Of a DNA stretch of 64,000 nucleotides, positions 26,296 through 34,561 are shown piece by piece. Position numbers and translations under genes: made by a program. The DNA is taken from positions 116 through 64,115 of the forward strand of contig JBAZKW010000011.1 of assembly GCA_041650595.1 (NCBI GenBank), in the 5' to 3' direction. The notes under the pieces are model-generated. The model saw only the letters and a program-made list of their open reading frames with translations, did not search any database and was not told the DNA's origin. This DNA comes from Candidatus Margulisiibacteriota bacterium (GTDB lineage: Bacteria; Margulisbacteria; WOR-1; JAKLHX01). Positions within the stretch are counted from its first letter, which is position 1. Each line of letters opens with the position of its first letter.

Positions 26296-27174
26296 ATGAA
26301 AACGAATAAGTTGGCATATCTAAAATGGATAATCGGCGAACTTAATGAGGGTTTGAATCTGAACTCGTTCACTAAGAACATTCACTCTCCCCTTTCGTTC
26401 GAAGAAATAGTCCCAGAAGGCAGCGATAAAATGGTTCAGCTGAACAGGCTTATGGTCGCCTCGGAGATCTACCGGTGGATAATGGGCGGAAAATGGCGGC
26501 TTCTCGATCTGGAACATATCTTAAGAAGCCAGGACGCAGAAAAAGAGTTCAATCACAAGCAGATAAAAGAGAATATCAAGGACCTGATAGACGGACAGGA
26601 AGTAAAAGGACCGGAAACTCTAAAAATGTGCCTTTTGCTTACCGGAATAAAGCCGGAAATAATAGACAATGTTAGCTATACCGTCCAAAAAAGATATTTT
26701 TATACCGGAAATTCGAGCAAGCTGTGGTCTTCCATCGGCTACTATGACATGCAGGACAAAAGTATCCATGTAAGTACCGGAGGCAAAAGAGGCGATAAAA
26801 AAGCAGTATTCCCTCTGGAGGACATAATGGAAACAGCTGCCCATGAACTCGGTCATCATATATATATTTCGATCGTTTCAAAAAGGTTTAAGACGCCTGC
26901 CGGCACCATACCCAGGATCAGAAACATCCTCAAAGGCGTAAAGACATCAAAAAGCGATACCGAACACAAGCAATGGACAGGCTTTTATAAAAAAGACTAC
27001 GGCAACGACTGGGAAAAGAACAAAGCTTTGCAAATAATACCAAAAGATGTCTATATCCGGTATGGCCTAGAGAACGAACTTTTTGCGCAGGTCATCGGAG
27101 GGAAAACGACTATATCAAAGACCAGAAGAAAACAACTCGTGGACCTCATAAACCAATCATGTCAGGTTTGCTGA
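26296..27174 (+). CDS. Hypothetical protein with HExxH zinc-metallopeptidase motif
   Basis: Start reset to the ATG at 26296, because the track extension runs through the lexA promoter and repeat. Contains ETAAHELGHHIY. Confidence 0.5.
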   Translation: MKTNKLAYLKWIIGELNEGLNLNSFTKNIHSPLSFEEIVPEGSDKMVQLNRLMVASEIYRWIMGGKWRLLDLEHILRSQDAEKEFNHKQIKENIKDLIDGQEVKGPETLKMCLLLTGIKPEIIDNVSYTVQKRYFYTGNSSKLWSSIGYYDMQDKSIHVSTGGKRGDKKAVFPLEDIMETAAHELGHHIYISIVSKRFKTPAGTIPRIRNILKGVKTSKSDTEHKQWTGFYKKDYGNDWEKNKALQIIPKDVYIRYGLENELFAQVIGGKTTISKTRRKQLVDLINQSCQVC

Positions 27175-28103
27175 TCACCCTTGCGTGACATTTCTTCCCT
27201 GATAAGCCCTGCCAATCCATCATTTATCTTTTCGAGCTCGGCCAGTATCAGCGCTATCTTTTCTTGTCCTTGGAACAAAATAAGCTCCAAAGCCCTCTTT
27301 GCATCGCATGATGAATATTCAAAATGAGTTTCTTCGGGCTGATCAACGACCCATTTACCGTGAAGTCTAAAGAGAGTAGATATCCCTTTCACATACATAG
27401 TTTCACCATCAAAACGGGCTATTTCTTCCGAGTCAACGACTTGTTTTGTCATCGGGATAATCTTTGAAAGTACCGAAGCTATTACATCCGGTTCGGCGTT
27501 TTTATGCGATGCCACATATTTTTGTACTTCGTCAGGGCCTACGCGGGAGATATAGCGCAGGACACCGGGAGCCATAACTCCTCTTAAAGAAAGGTTCGCA
27601 AAAGCTACAGGTCCCAATACAGAGCTCTTGTACACAAAAGGTCTTAATACGCTTTGAGGGGTACGCGGATCGGCCGCAACCCTTGACAAAACTCCAAAAT
27701 GAGAACTTTTTGAAAGCGCTATAAGATCGGGAACCTTTATAAGCCCCCTTGAATCGAGTTCATCATAGGCATAAACGGCAAAAACCGTATTGGACATAGC
27801 AAAATTTAACAGAGCTTGATTACAGTCCGTAAATCTAAAAGATTCCTTTATAACATCGCCGTCAAAATTCAGAAGCCGCAAAGGATCAAAACCGGCGGAA
27901 TATCTTCCGGCAAGGTTTTTTGCGATAAGCTTTTTAGTGTCACCGGCTTCATCAAAAGACAGCGTTTCAAGTTTGCGAAGTCTGGTAAAAGGATCGCTGG
28001 CGATAGTATGCGCGGACCTTCCGGACAGAGGCATCCCAAAAGCCCTTGCATAACGATAGCTGAATAAAGCGCCGGTCTTTGCGGCGATACTACGGATATT
28101 CAT
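27162..28103 (-). CDS. Hypothetical protein
   Basis: 313-aa ORF with no recognisable motifs. Preceded by a sigma-28-type box only 12 nt from the ATG. Confidence 0.55.
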   Translation of the reverse strand: MNIRSIAAKTGALFSYRYARAFGMPLSGRSAHTIASDPFTRLRKLETLSFDEAGDTKKLIAKNLAGRYSAGFDPLRLLNFDGDVIKESFRFTDCNQALLNFAMSNTVFAVYAYDELDSRGLIKVPDLIALSKSSHFGVLSRVAADPRTPQSVLRPFVYKSSVLGPVAFANLSLRGVMAPGVLRYISRVGPDEVQKYVASHKNAEPDVIASVLSKIIPMTKQVVDSEEIARFDGETMYVKGISTLFRLHGKWVVDQPEETHFEYSSCDAKRALELILFQGQEKIALILAELEKINDGLAGLIREEMSRKGDQQT

Positions 28104-28115
28104 GTTTATGATAGA

Positions 28116-28143
28116 TTATCGTTGTTTTTTGCGCAAAATCCCA
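28116..28143 (-). promoter_or_regulatory. Sigma-28-type promoter, variant -35 (TGGGAT-N16-CGATAA)
   Basis: Sense strand tTGGGATtttgcgcaaaaaacaaCGATAAtctatcataaacATG. Confidence 0.45.
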
Positions 28144-28150
28144 AAAAAAC

Positions 28151-28178
28151 TGAAATTTCTTATTAATTCAATCGATAA
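28151..28178 (+). promoter_or_regulatory. Sigma-28-type promoter (TGAAAT-N16-CGATAA)
   Basis: cTGAAATttcttattaattcaatCGATAAg. AAGGAG lies before the ATG at 28221. Confidence 0.6.
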
Positions 28179-28220
28179 GAAAATGTAGCCTTTCGTTTAT
28201 AAAATAAGGAGAAGAATAGA

Positions 28221-29564
28221 ATGCCGTATATATCTGCGCTCAACCCCATGCCAATGGTCCCGAGAATGGTGCCTGCGGCTGTAATGAACAGGATCGAACA
28301 TCTGACACCGCGGATCAGGGATATGTTTTCCCCGGACGTAAAAGTAAGGCTGACAGCGACAGAAGAGGTTGGAAAGGCATTAGCAGCGATCGGGATCCCT
28401 CAAACCAATACAATGGGAAATCACTACCATGGCAAGCATTCGTGGGGACCTGGATATCCCGCTTCTCTCGCGTTCTTTTCCGCGGCAAACGGCTTGTCTG
28501 TGACAGGTCTTGTCGATCATTACAGCGTATCAGGAGCGCTCGAATTCAGGAAAGCTTCATTTACCCATTTCGGCATACCGGCCACGGTCGGATATGAGGT
28601 AAGATCTCTCATAAGGGACCGGCTTATATGCGGAGGCCTCGATCTCTCAAAGACAGTTATGAATTCACCCGGAAATCCCGGCGAAATATATGTTGTTTTT
28701 CACGGGTTTCCAGGTAACAGAAATTCTTGGCTTGCTCTAGCAAGACAGGACAAATTCAAAAGATATGAGAGTGTGACAGCAAAGATCAACGACAATATCA
28801 GCAGCCGGTGTGCGGGGCTTTCACCCATTGATTTTCAAAGTGTCGTTGCCCTCTCTGAGGAAGGTAATATTACTGATAGACATTTGATGGATGTATTGTT
28901 CGATATGGTATTTGACCACTGCCAAGGTAATTTTGACGATGTAGTTGACAGGATCACAAGCTGGTGGGGAGCGATAACCGCAGACGAACAGGCTGGTTTA
29001 GACAGCGCTAAAGATGATGAGTTCTCAAAATACATGCTAATCGCGCACAGCATGATGAGAGGTAGATTATTGAAGGACGGCAAGCTCGGATATATCGCCC
29101 CGTCCGAGATCGAGGCTCCTTCGCTTGGGAATTTATCGCGGATCGCGGATGAAGAAGACAGTATCCTTGTATATCCGGCATATAAATTTGATATCCCATA
29201 TCTTGAGCATTTAATACCGATGCTTGTACGAGATCACGGGTTTAGGTCCCTATCGTTGATGTTCGACAGGAACACACCTGATGAAAGAGCCAAAATATTA
29301 AGGTGTGCGGAAGAATCTGTTATCCCCGCATTCAGCGGCATGGATGTCAACAATTGGTCGCAGACTTGGGTAAATAAGTTTTCGGATATCCCGGAATTTA
29401 TCGAAGGCGCGCTTGCTCTCGTTGGGCATGAAATCTCGGTAAGGGCGGGAAAACTTGGTCTATTCGACAATACATGGTTCCCCAATACACCGGCAGGATT
29501 AAAGCAAAGATTACAACATTTCGCTTTCTTGGGTTCGCAATGGAAAGACGCAACAGCAAGTTAA
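28221..29564 (+). CDS. Hypothetical protein, possible PHP-like metal-dependent phosphoesterase fold
   Basis: After a roughly 65-aa N-terminal extension, NHYHGKHSWGPG ... GLVDHYSVSG resembles PHP motifs HxH...S.DG and TDHD. The assignment is weak. Confidence 0.5.
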   Translation: MPYISALNPMPMVPRMVPAAVMNRIEHLTPRIRDMFSPDVKVRLTATEEVGKALAAIGIPQTNTMGNHYHGKHSWGPGYPASLAFFSAANGLSVTGLVDHYSVSGALEFRKASFTHFGIPATVGYEVRSLIRDRLICGGLDLSKTVMNSPGNPGEIYVVFHGFPGNRNSWLALARQDKFKRYESVTAKINDNISSRCAGLSPIDFQSVVALSEEGNITDRHLMDVLFDMVFDHCQGNFDDVVDRITSWWGAITADEQAGLDSAKDDEFSKYMLIAHSMMRGRLLKDGKLGYIAPSEIEAPSLGNLSRIADEEDSILVYPAYKFDIPYLEHLIPMLVRDHGFRSLSLMFDRNTPDERAKILRCAEESVIPAFSGMDVNNWSQTWVNKFSDIPEFIEGALALVGHEISVRAGKLGLFDNTWFPNTPAGLKQRLQHFAFLGSQWKDATAS

Positions 29565-29573
29565 AGGTAAAAT

Positions 29574-30974
29574 TCAGCTTATCTTATGGACTTTGATCAG
29601 GTTGGTGGTACCGGGCACGCCTATAGGCACTCCCGCCGTGATGACCACAAGGTCGCCTTTTTTGAGGAGTTTTTTGGCTACCACCGCTTTTTCTACATGA
29701 TCTACCATTTCATCGGTAGTCGCGCATTTGTCGGTCAATATATATTTAACTCCCCAGTATAATGAAACACGCCTGACCGCTTTTTCTGTTGTTACGGACG
29801 CGATGATAGGAGCTTTTGATCTCCATTTTGAGGCCATAAGGGCTGTTGAACCGGAACTCGTAAAAGTTATTATGGCCTTGGCATTTATATCCTCGCACAA
29901 ATGTACTGCCGCGTGAGATACAGCAAAAGACGTGTTTTGCCTGATATCGCTTTTTTCAAGATGCGAAGTCCTGTCGCTGTCAATGTTTTCGGCCTTTTCG
30001 ATTATCCTTGCCATCATTGAGATGGATTCTATAGGGTATTTTCCGCTGGCAGTCTCTTCCGAAAGCATTACAGCATCGGCCCCGTCCAATATGGCATTGG
30101 CAACATCACTTGATTCGGCCCTCGTAGGCAGCGGACTTAAGACCATGGATTCAAGCATCTGGCTTGCCACGATCACCGGTTTTGCGGCTCTCGCGCATTT
30201 TTTTATTATTTGTTTTTGCACTATCGGCACTTCTTCCGGCGGAAGCTCAACGCCCATGTCGCCTCTGGCGACCATTATAGCGTCGGAAATATTGATGATG
30301 GCATCTATATTGCTTATAGCTTCGGAGTTCTCTATTTTTGCGATTACAGGGATACTACCTCCGTTATCTTGTATTGCTTTTCTGGCATCAAGGATATCAT
30401 CGGGGCCTTTTACAAAAGAAAGAGCGACATAATCGGCTTCTACCGCGACAGCCACTTTTATATCTCCCCTATCCTTTTCGGTGAGAGCCTTTTTAAATAT
30501 CGAAACTCCGGGTATATTGATACCTTTGTGATCACCCAGGGTCCCGCCCGTATGAACGATACAATAGATCTCGTCGCCGCTAATGTTCTTTACGTGGAGT
30601 TCTATAAGCCCGTTATCCATGAGTATTCTCTGGCCGGGTTTTAGTTTTTTCGGAAGGTCGGCATAATCAGTTGAAACCTTTTTATCGCTTCCCTCGATAT
30701 GCTTTGTGGTTATTACAAATTCACTGCCCTCTTTCAACGTGACGGACCCGCCTTTTACCTCCCTGGTCCTAATACGCGGACCTTGAAGGTCAAGAATAAC
30801 CCCGATGTTTTTATTTATAGACCTTATGAGTTTAACTAGTTCAATTGCACCTTTGTGCCCTTCATGGGACATGTTGACCCTAAAAAGGTCCGCTCCCGCT
30901 TTTATAAGGGCTGTAATGTGCTCCTTATTCCACGAAGCCGGCCCAAGGGTCGCGATAATCTTTGTTTTGTTCAT
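29574..30974 (-). CDS. pyk: Pyruvate kinase
   Basis: Motifs ARGDMGVELP and MLSEETASGKYP. 466 aa. Confidence 0.95.
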   Translation of the reverse strand: MNKTKIIATLGPASWNKEHITALIKAGADLFRVNMSHEGHKGAIELVKLIRSINKNIGVILDLQGPRIRTREVKGGSVTLKEGSEFVITTKHIEGSDKKVSTDYADLPKKLKPGQRILMDNGLIELHVKNISGDEIYCIVHTGGTLGDHKGINIPGVSIFKKALTEKDRGDIKVAVAVEADYVALSFVKGPDDILDARKAIQDNGGSIPVIAKIENSEAISNIDAIINISDAIMVARGDMGVELPPEEVPIVQKQIIKKCARAAKPVIVASQMLESMVLSPLPTRAESSDVANAILDGADAVMLSEETASGKYPIESISMMARIIEKAENIDSDRTSHLEKSDIRQNTSFAVSHAAVHLCEDINAKAIITFTSSGSTALMASKWRSKAPIIASVTTEKAVRRVSLYWGVKYILTDKCATTDEMVDHVEKAVVAKKLLKKGDLVVITAGVPIGVPGTTNLIKVHKIS

Positions 30975-30982
30975 ATAGGCTA

Positions 30983-31012
30983 ATTATACAATGGGCAAAG
31001 GGTTTTTGACAA
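30983..31012 (-). promoter_or_regulatory. pyk promoter TTGTCA-N18-TATAAT, 8 nt from the ATG
   Basis: Read on the minus strand: TTGTCAaaaaccctttgcccattgTATAATtagcctatATG. No SD. Confidence 0.55.
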
Positions 31013-31046
31013 ATGGCGTACTTATTTTTCTCAATTATTAAAAATA

Positions 31047-31074
31047 TGAAATTTTTCATAAAAGCTGTCGATAA
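31047..31074 (+). promoter_or_regulatory. Sigma-28-type promoter (TGAAAT-N16-CGATAA)
   Basis: aTGAAATttttcataaaagctgtCGATAAg. AAAGGAG lies before the ATG at 31126. Confidence 0.6.
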
Positions 31075-31125
31075 GGAATTGAAAGTCAAGTTCAAAGAAA
31101 CAGATCAAAATAAAGGAGAGATATT

Positions 31126-32250
31126 ATGGCAGTGACCACGGCATTATCGTTCCCCATGCTTAATCGAAATCAATTGATTTTTCAACCGCTTGCTGCAAGA
31201 AAGAACAAATTCGATGTTTCAAAAATGATCCGGCCGGATGCGGTACGCAAAAATATGGGAGAAAAAGGTGAGGCTGTCATGCGGGAAACGATCGACCGCA
31301 TCAGGGCTGCCCGTGAAAGCGGGAAATCCAGGATGTTAACTTTTGGCGCTCACACGATAAAGAACGGATTATCACCGGTATTGATAAGACTGATCGAGGA
31401 CGGTTGGATAACTCATCTTGCCACCAACGGCGCCGGGATAATTCATGACTGGGAGCTGGCTTTTCATGGAGAGACAAGCGAAGACGTGAGAGAAAATACG
31501 TCAAAAGGCGAGTTTGGCGCATCGCAGGAGACCGGTTTTAATATCAATATGGCGATTATTATGGGAGCGTATCATGGTCTGGGCTACGGTGCTTCAATAG
31601 GCGCGATGGTGCATAATGACGGATTTGAAATACCGAACCGAGGGGTTTTACTGAGTGAAGCTCAGTATTTGATGGAAAGCAATCCGGACAAGGCACTTTC
31701 AGCTATCAATTTGTTACAGAAGATTAAGGAATTAGGCTTAAAACACGACCAGTTTGTTTCGGTCCCTCATCAATATAAGGAATACGGACTGCAGGCCGCG
31801 GCATACCGATTAGGGATCCCTTTCACAGGACACCCTATGATCGGCCATGATATTATTTACATTCATCCCGCAAATTCATGCATAGCGATCGGTCAGGCCG
31901 CTGAACGGGATTTCCTTGCTTTTGCACATAATGTAAGCAATCTTGACGGGGGCGTCTATATTTCTCTGGGATCAGCGGTCATGTCGCCAATGATATTTGA
32001 AAAATCGCTTTCAATGTCGCAAAACCTGGCGATACAGAACGGCAGGCACATAGATAATCATTATATGGTCATAGCCGATCTGCAGGAATGCACCTGGGAT
32101 TGGTCACAAGGAGAACCGCCGGAAACCGATCCCGCATATTATCTGCGTTTTATGAAAACCTTTGCGCGCATGGGCGGAACAGCCCATTATATGACAGCCG
32201 ACAACCGCGACTTCTTATTAGCGCTGTGGCAGGGACTGCAAAAGGTCTAA
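31126..32250 (+). CDS. Hypothetical protein, deoxyhypusine-synthase-like (DHS-like Rossmann) fold suspected
   Basis: MLTFGAHTIKNGLSPVLIRLIEDGWITHLATNGAGIIHDWELAFHGETSEDV resembles the bacterial DHS-family core. It has a roughly 60-aa N-terminal extension. Confidence 0.5.
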   Translation: MAVTTALSFPMLNRNQLIFQPLAARKNKFDVSKMIRPDAVRKNMGEKGEAVMRETIDRIRAARESGKSRMLTFGAHTIKNGLSPVLIRLIEDGWITHLATNGAGIIHDWELAFHGETSEDVRENTSKGEFGASQETGFNINMAIIMGAYHGLGYGASIGAMVHNDGFEIPNRGVLLSEAQYLMESNPDKALSAINLLQKIKELGLKHDQFVSVPHQYKEYGLQAAAYRLGIPFTGHPMIGHDIIYIHPANSCIAIGQAAERDFLAFAHNVSNLDGGVYISLGSAVMSPMIFEKSLSMSQNLAIQNGRHIDNHYMVIADLQECTWDWSQGEPPETDPAYYLRFMKTFARMGGTAHYMTADNRDFLLALWQGLQKV

Positions 32251-32273
32251 CGTCATTTCGAGCTCTACAATAA

Positions 32274-32291
32274 CCGAGCATGAATGCTCGG
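32274..32291 (+). terminator. Hairpin CCGAGCATgaATGCTCGG flanked by CTACA motifs
   Basis: 8-bp perfect stem 24 nt after the stop of the preceding ORF. No T-run, so it may be REP-like rather than a terminator. Confidence 0.35.
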
Positions 32292-32329
32292 CTACAGACA
32301 TTGATTAGGGACAAATAATTCCTAACAAC

Positions 32330-32357
32330 TGAAATCCTCCCCTTTTTTTATCGAAAA
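32330..32357 (+). promoter_or_regulatory. Sigma-28-type promoter, variant -10 (TGAAAT-N16-CGAAAA)
   Basis: cTGAAATcctcccctttttttatCGAAAAtacattagacaggtATG. No SD. Confidence 0.45.
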
Positions 32358-32371
32358 TACATTAGACAGGT

Positions 32372-33658
32372 ATGTTAACAGAACAACAGATAATTAATCC
32401 CACCAGGCCGATACACTTTCAGGCCGCTAATCGGCTCGGACAGTTAAGGCCTGACCGTGCGGCTGGTGTATTAAATGATATTGCCTCGGGCAATATAGGC
32501 CGCGCATCGATCCTGCTGGTGGATATCAGAGAACGTTTTGGCAGGAGAGCTGTTAACAATATCATGAACAGCATGCCCTCTCAGGTCAAAAGAAGTGCTA
32601 TTGAATTCATCAGCAACATGCCAACTTTTGATGCCGCAAAATTTAGAAAAGATGTGTTAAAAATGCCTGCTGATGAGGCCTATGCTTTGAGCCATCACGC
32701 CTGGCAGAATATATATCCGCTGGCAGATTACAATCATTCAAGATTACATGCATATTACTCCGGATTTTCTGAACAAGATATCCGTTCAATAATTAGCGCT
32801 GCGGACGCGTCACATCAGGCTTTTGCCCCGCTATTTTTTGATGCCGACGCATCAGATACGAACATATCCGAATTTTACAGGTGGGCCGGAGCATTATTCC
32901 CTGCGGACAGTTATGGCTATCATTCCATTTGGGAGAAAATGACGCTTGCCGGCGGAACTTCACAATTCGAGGTCCGCCTGCCTAAAGGCCCGGGTTTTGA
33001 CGGAACCGGCGTGCAATTCCATCAATGTTGCCATACGGCAATTGCAGCCAGAAGCTTTTTCTCTCAACTTGGTATGCCATCAGAAGTCTTGCATTTTATG
33101 CTCCCGTCAAAGTTCACTCATAACGCCGCTGTCATATTCTCTCCTGGAATCATTGGAATAAAAACAACACTTGTTGATGCAAGTCCGTTCGCGCGCGCTT
33201 TTTCGGAGCAGCAGATGGCAAATGTCGTCCCCATGAGCTGGAATCTCATCAGGTCCGACACAAACGATACACACTGTTTCGCAAAACAGATATACATAGA
33301 CGATATGGGCGGCAATTCCCTGCCGTGGTTCAGCCATCAGTTAGGCCATGGCACGAATTTGATTGGGTTTGTTCACGTAGTGGTCAGATACGACCGGAGT
33401 ATCGCAAGTAAAGCCGATAATGAGGGATATACAAGCCTTCTGCCTGAACTGGAGATCATACTGACATCACCTGACAGACGTTTCACTAATTTCGGGCTCC
33501 CTATTCTAAGGGGAAACGGTGATGAGATATCATTTCTGTGGAGCGGCATTCAAAGGGCCCGCTTAGGTGCAACAATGATCGACGCGATCGAAGCTGCTTC
33601 ACTTGAGCCTGCAAGACATTTTATCCAAATGCTCCAAGGATTTAAGATCATCCGCTGA
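32372..33658 (+). CDS. Hypothetical protein with NAT/transglutaminase-like Cys-His-Asp arrangement
   Basis: GVQFHQCCHTAIAARSFFSQLGMP ... THNAAVIF ... TLVDASPF is collinear with the Cys...His...Asp triad of arylamine N-acetyltransferase and papain-like folds. Confidence 0.5.
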   Translation: MLTEQQIINPTRPIHFQAANRLGQLRPDRAAGVLNDIASGNIGRASILLVDIRERFGRRAVNNIMNSMPSQVKRSAIEFISNMPTFDAAKFRKDVLKMPADEAYALSHHAWQNIYPLADYNHSRLHAYYSGFSEQDIRSIISAADASHQAFAPLFFDADASDTNISEFYRWAGALFPADSYGYHSIWEKMTLAGGTSQFEVRLPKGPGFDGTGVQFHQCCHTAIAARSFFSQLGMPSEVLHFMLPSKFTHNAAVIFSPGIIGIKTTLVDASPFARAFSEQQMANVVPMSWNLIRSDTNDTHCFAKQIYIDDMGGNSLPWFSHQLGHGTNLIGFVHVVVRYDRSIASKADNEGYTSLLPELEIILTSPDRRFTNFGLPILRGNGDEISFLWSGIQRARLGATMIDAIEAASLEPARHFIQMLQGFKIIR

Positions 33659-33668
33659 TCGCTATACG

Positions 33669-33697
33669 TTTACAATCCGATACCAATTTGTTATATT
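33669..33697 (+). promoter_or_regulatory. tpiA promoter TTTACA-N17-TATATT
   Basis: Read directly. Followed by AGGAGG and the ATG at 33718. Confidence 0.55.
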
Positions 33698-33717
33698 AAA
33701 AACAGGAGGATTCTATA

Positions 33718-34467
33718 ATGCGCAAACCAATGGCGGCCGGAAACTGGAAGATGTTCAAAACAGCAAAGGAAGCGGCTCAGATGCTGCTTGACCTCAAAGA
33801 CAAGGTAAAAGGAGTAGAAAACAGGGAAATAGTGATCTGTCCCACTTTTACCGCGCTGGAATCCGCGGTAAATGCTACGCATGGGTCTAATATAAAGATA
33901 GGCGCGCAAAACCTTTTCTGGGAAGAAAAAGGCGCTTTCACTGGAGAAATAGCTCCGGCAATGATAAAAGACCTCGGTTGCGAATACGTGATAATCGGCC
34001 ATTCTGAAAGAAGGCAGTATTTCGGAGAGAGCGATGCTACCGTCAACAAAAGGATATTTGCCGCATTAAAAGCCGGTCTTAAGCCCATAATCTGTGTCGG
34101 CGAAACCCTCCAGGAAAGAGAAAGCGAAAAAACTTTCTCGGTGATAGAGACCCAGTTAAAGGGCGGACTTAAAGATCTCACAAAAGAACAAATGACAGCC
34201 GCTGTCATAGCTTATGAGCCTGTATGGGCTATCGGCACGGGCAAGACCGCTACAAAAGAACAGGCTCAAGAAGTCCATGCTTTTATCCGAAAACTTCTTG
34301 CTGATCTGTTCGGCAAAAATACAGCTGAAGCGACAAGAATATTGTATGGCGGAAGCGTAAAACCGGATAATATGAAAGATCTCATGTCCCAGCCCGATAT
34401 AGACGGAGGATTGGTCGGGGGCGCAAGCCTTGAAGCGGAATCGTTTTCTAAGATAGTAAAATATTGA
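33718..34467 (+). CDS. tpiA: Triosephosphate isomerase
   Basis: AGNWKM, IIGHSERR, AYEPVWAIGTG, YGGSV. Confidence 0.95.
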   Translation: MRKPMAAGNWKMFKTAKEAAQMLLDLKDKVKGVENREIVICPTFTALESAVNATHGSNIKIGAQNLFWEEKGAFTGEIAPAMIKDLGCEYVIIGHSERRQYFGESDATVNKRIFAALKAGLKPIICVGETLQERESEKTFSVIETQLKGGLKDLTKEQMTAAVIAYEPVWAIGTGKTATKEQAQEVHAFIRKLLADLFGKNTAEATRILYGGSVKPDNMKDLMSQPDIDGGLVGGASLEAESFSKIVKY

Positions 34468-34472
34468 TGGTT

Positions 34473-34544
34473 GTCATTGCGAGCGTAGCGAAGCAATCCC
34501 ATAGATAAATGGGATTGCTTCAGGGCTTCGCCCTTCGCAATGAC
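34473..34544. repeat. Nested palindromic REP-like element (family A)
   Basis: GTCATTGCGAG...GAAGCAATCCCA/TGGGATTGCTTC...TTCGCAATGAC, between tpiA and pfp. Confidence 0.75.
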
Positions 34545-34561
34545 AGATGAAAGGAGATAAG

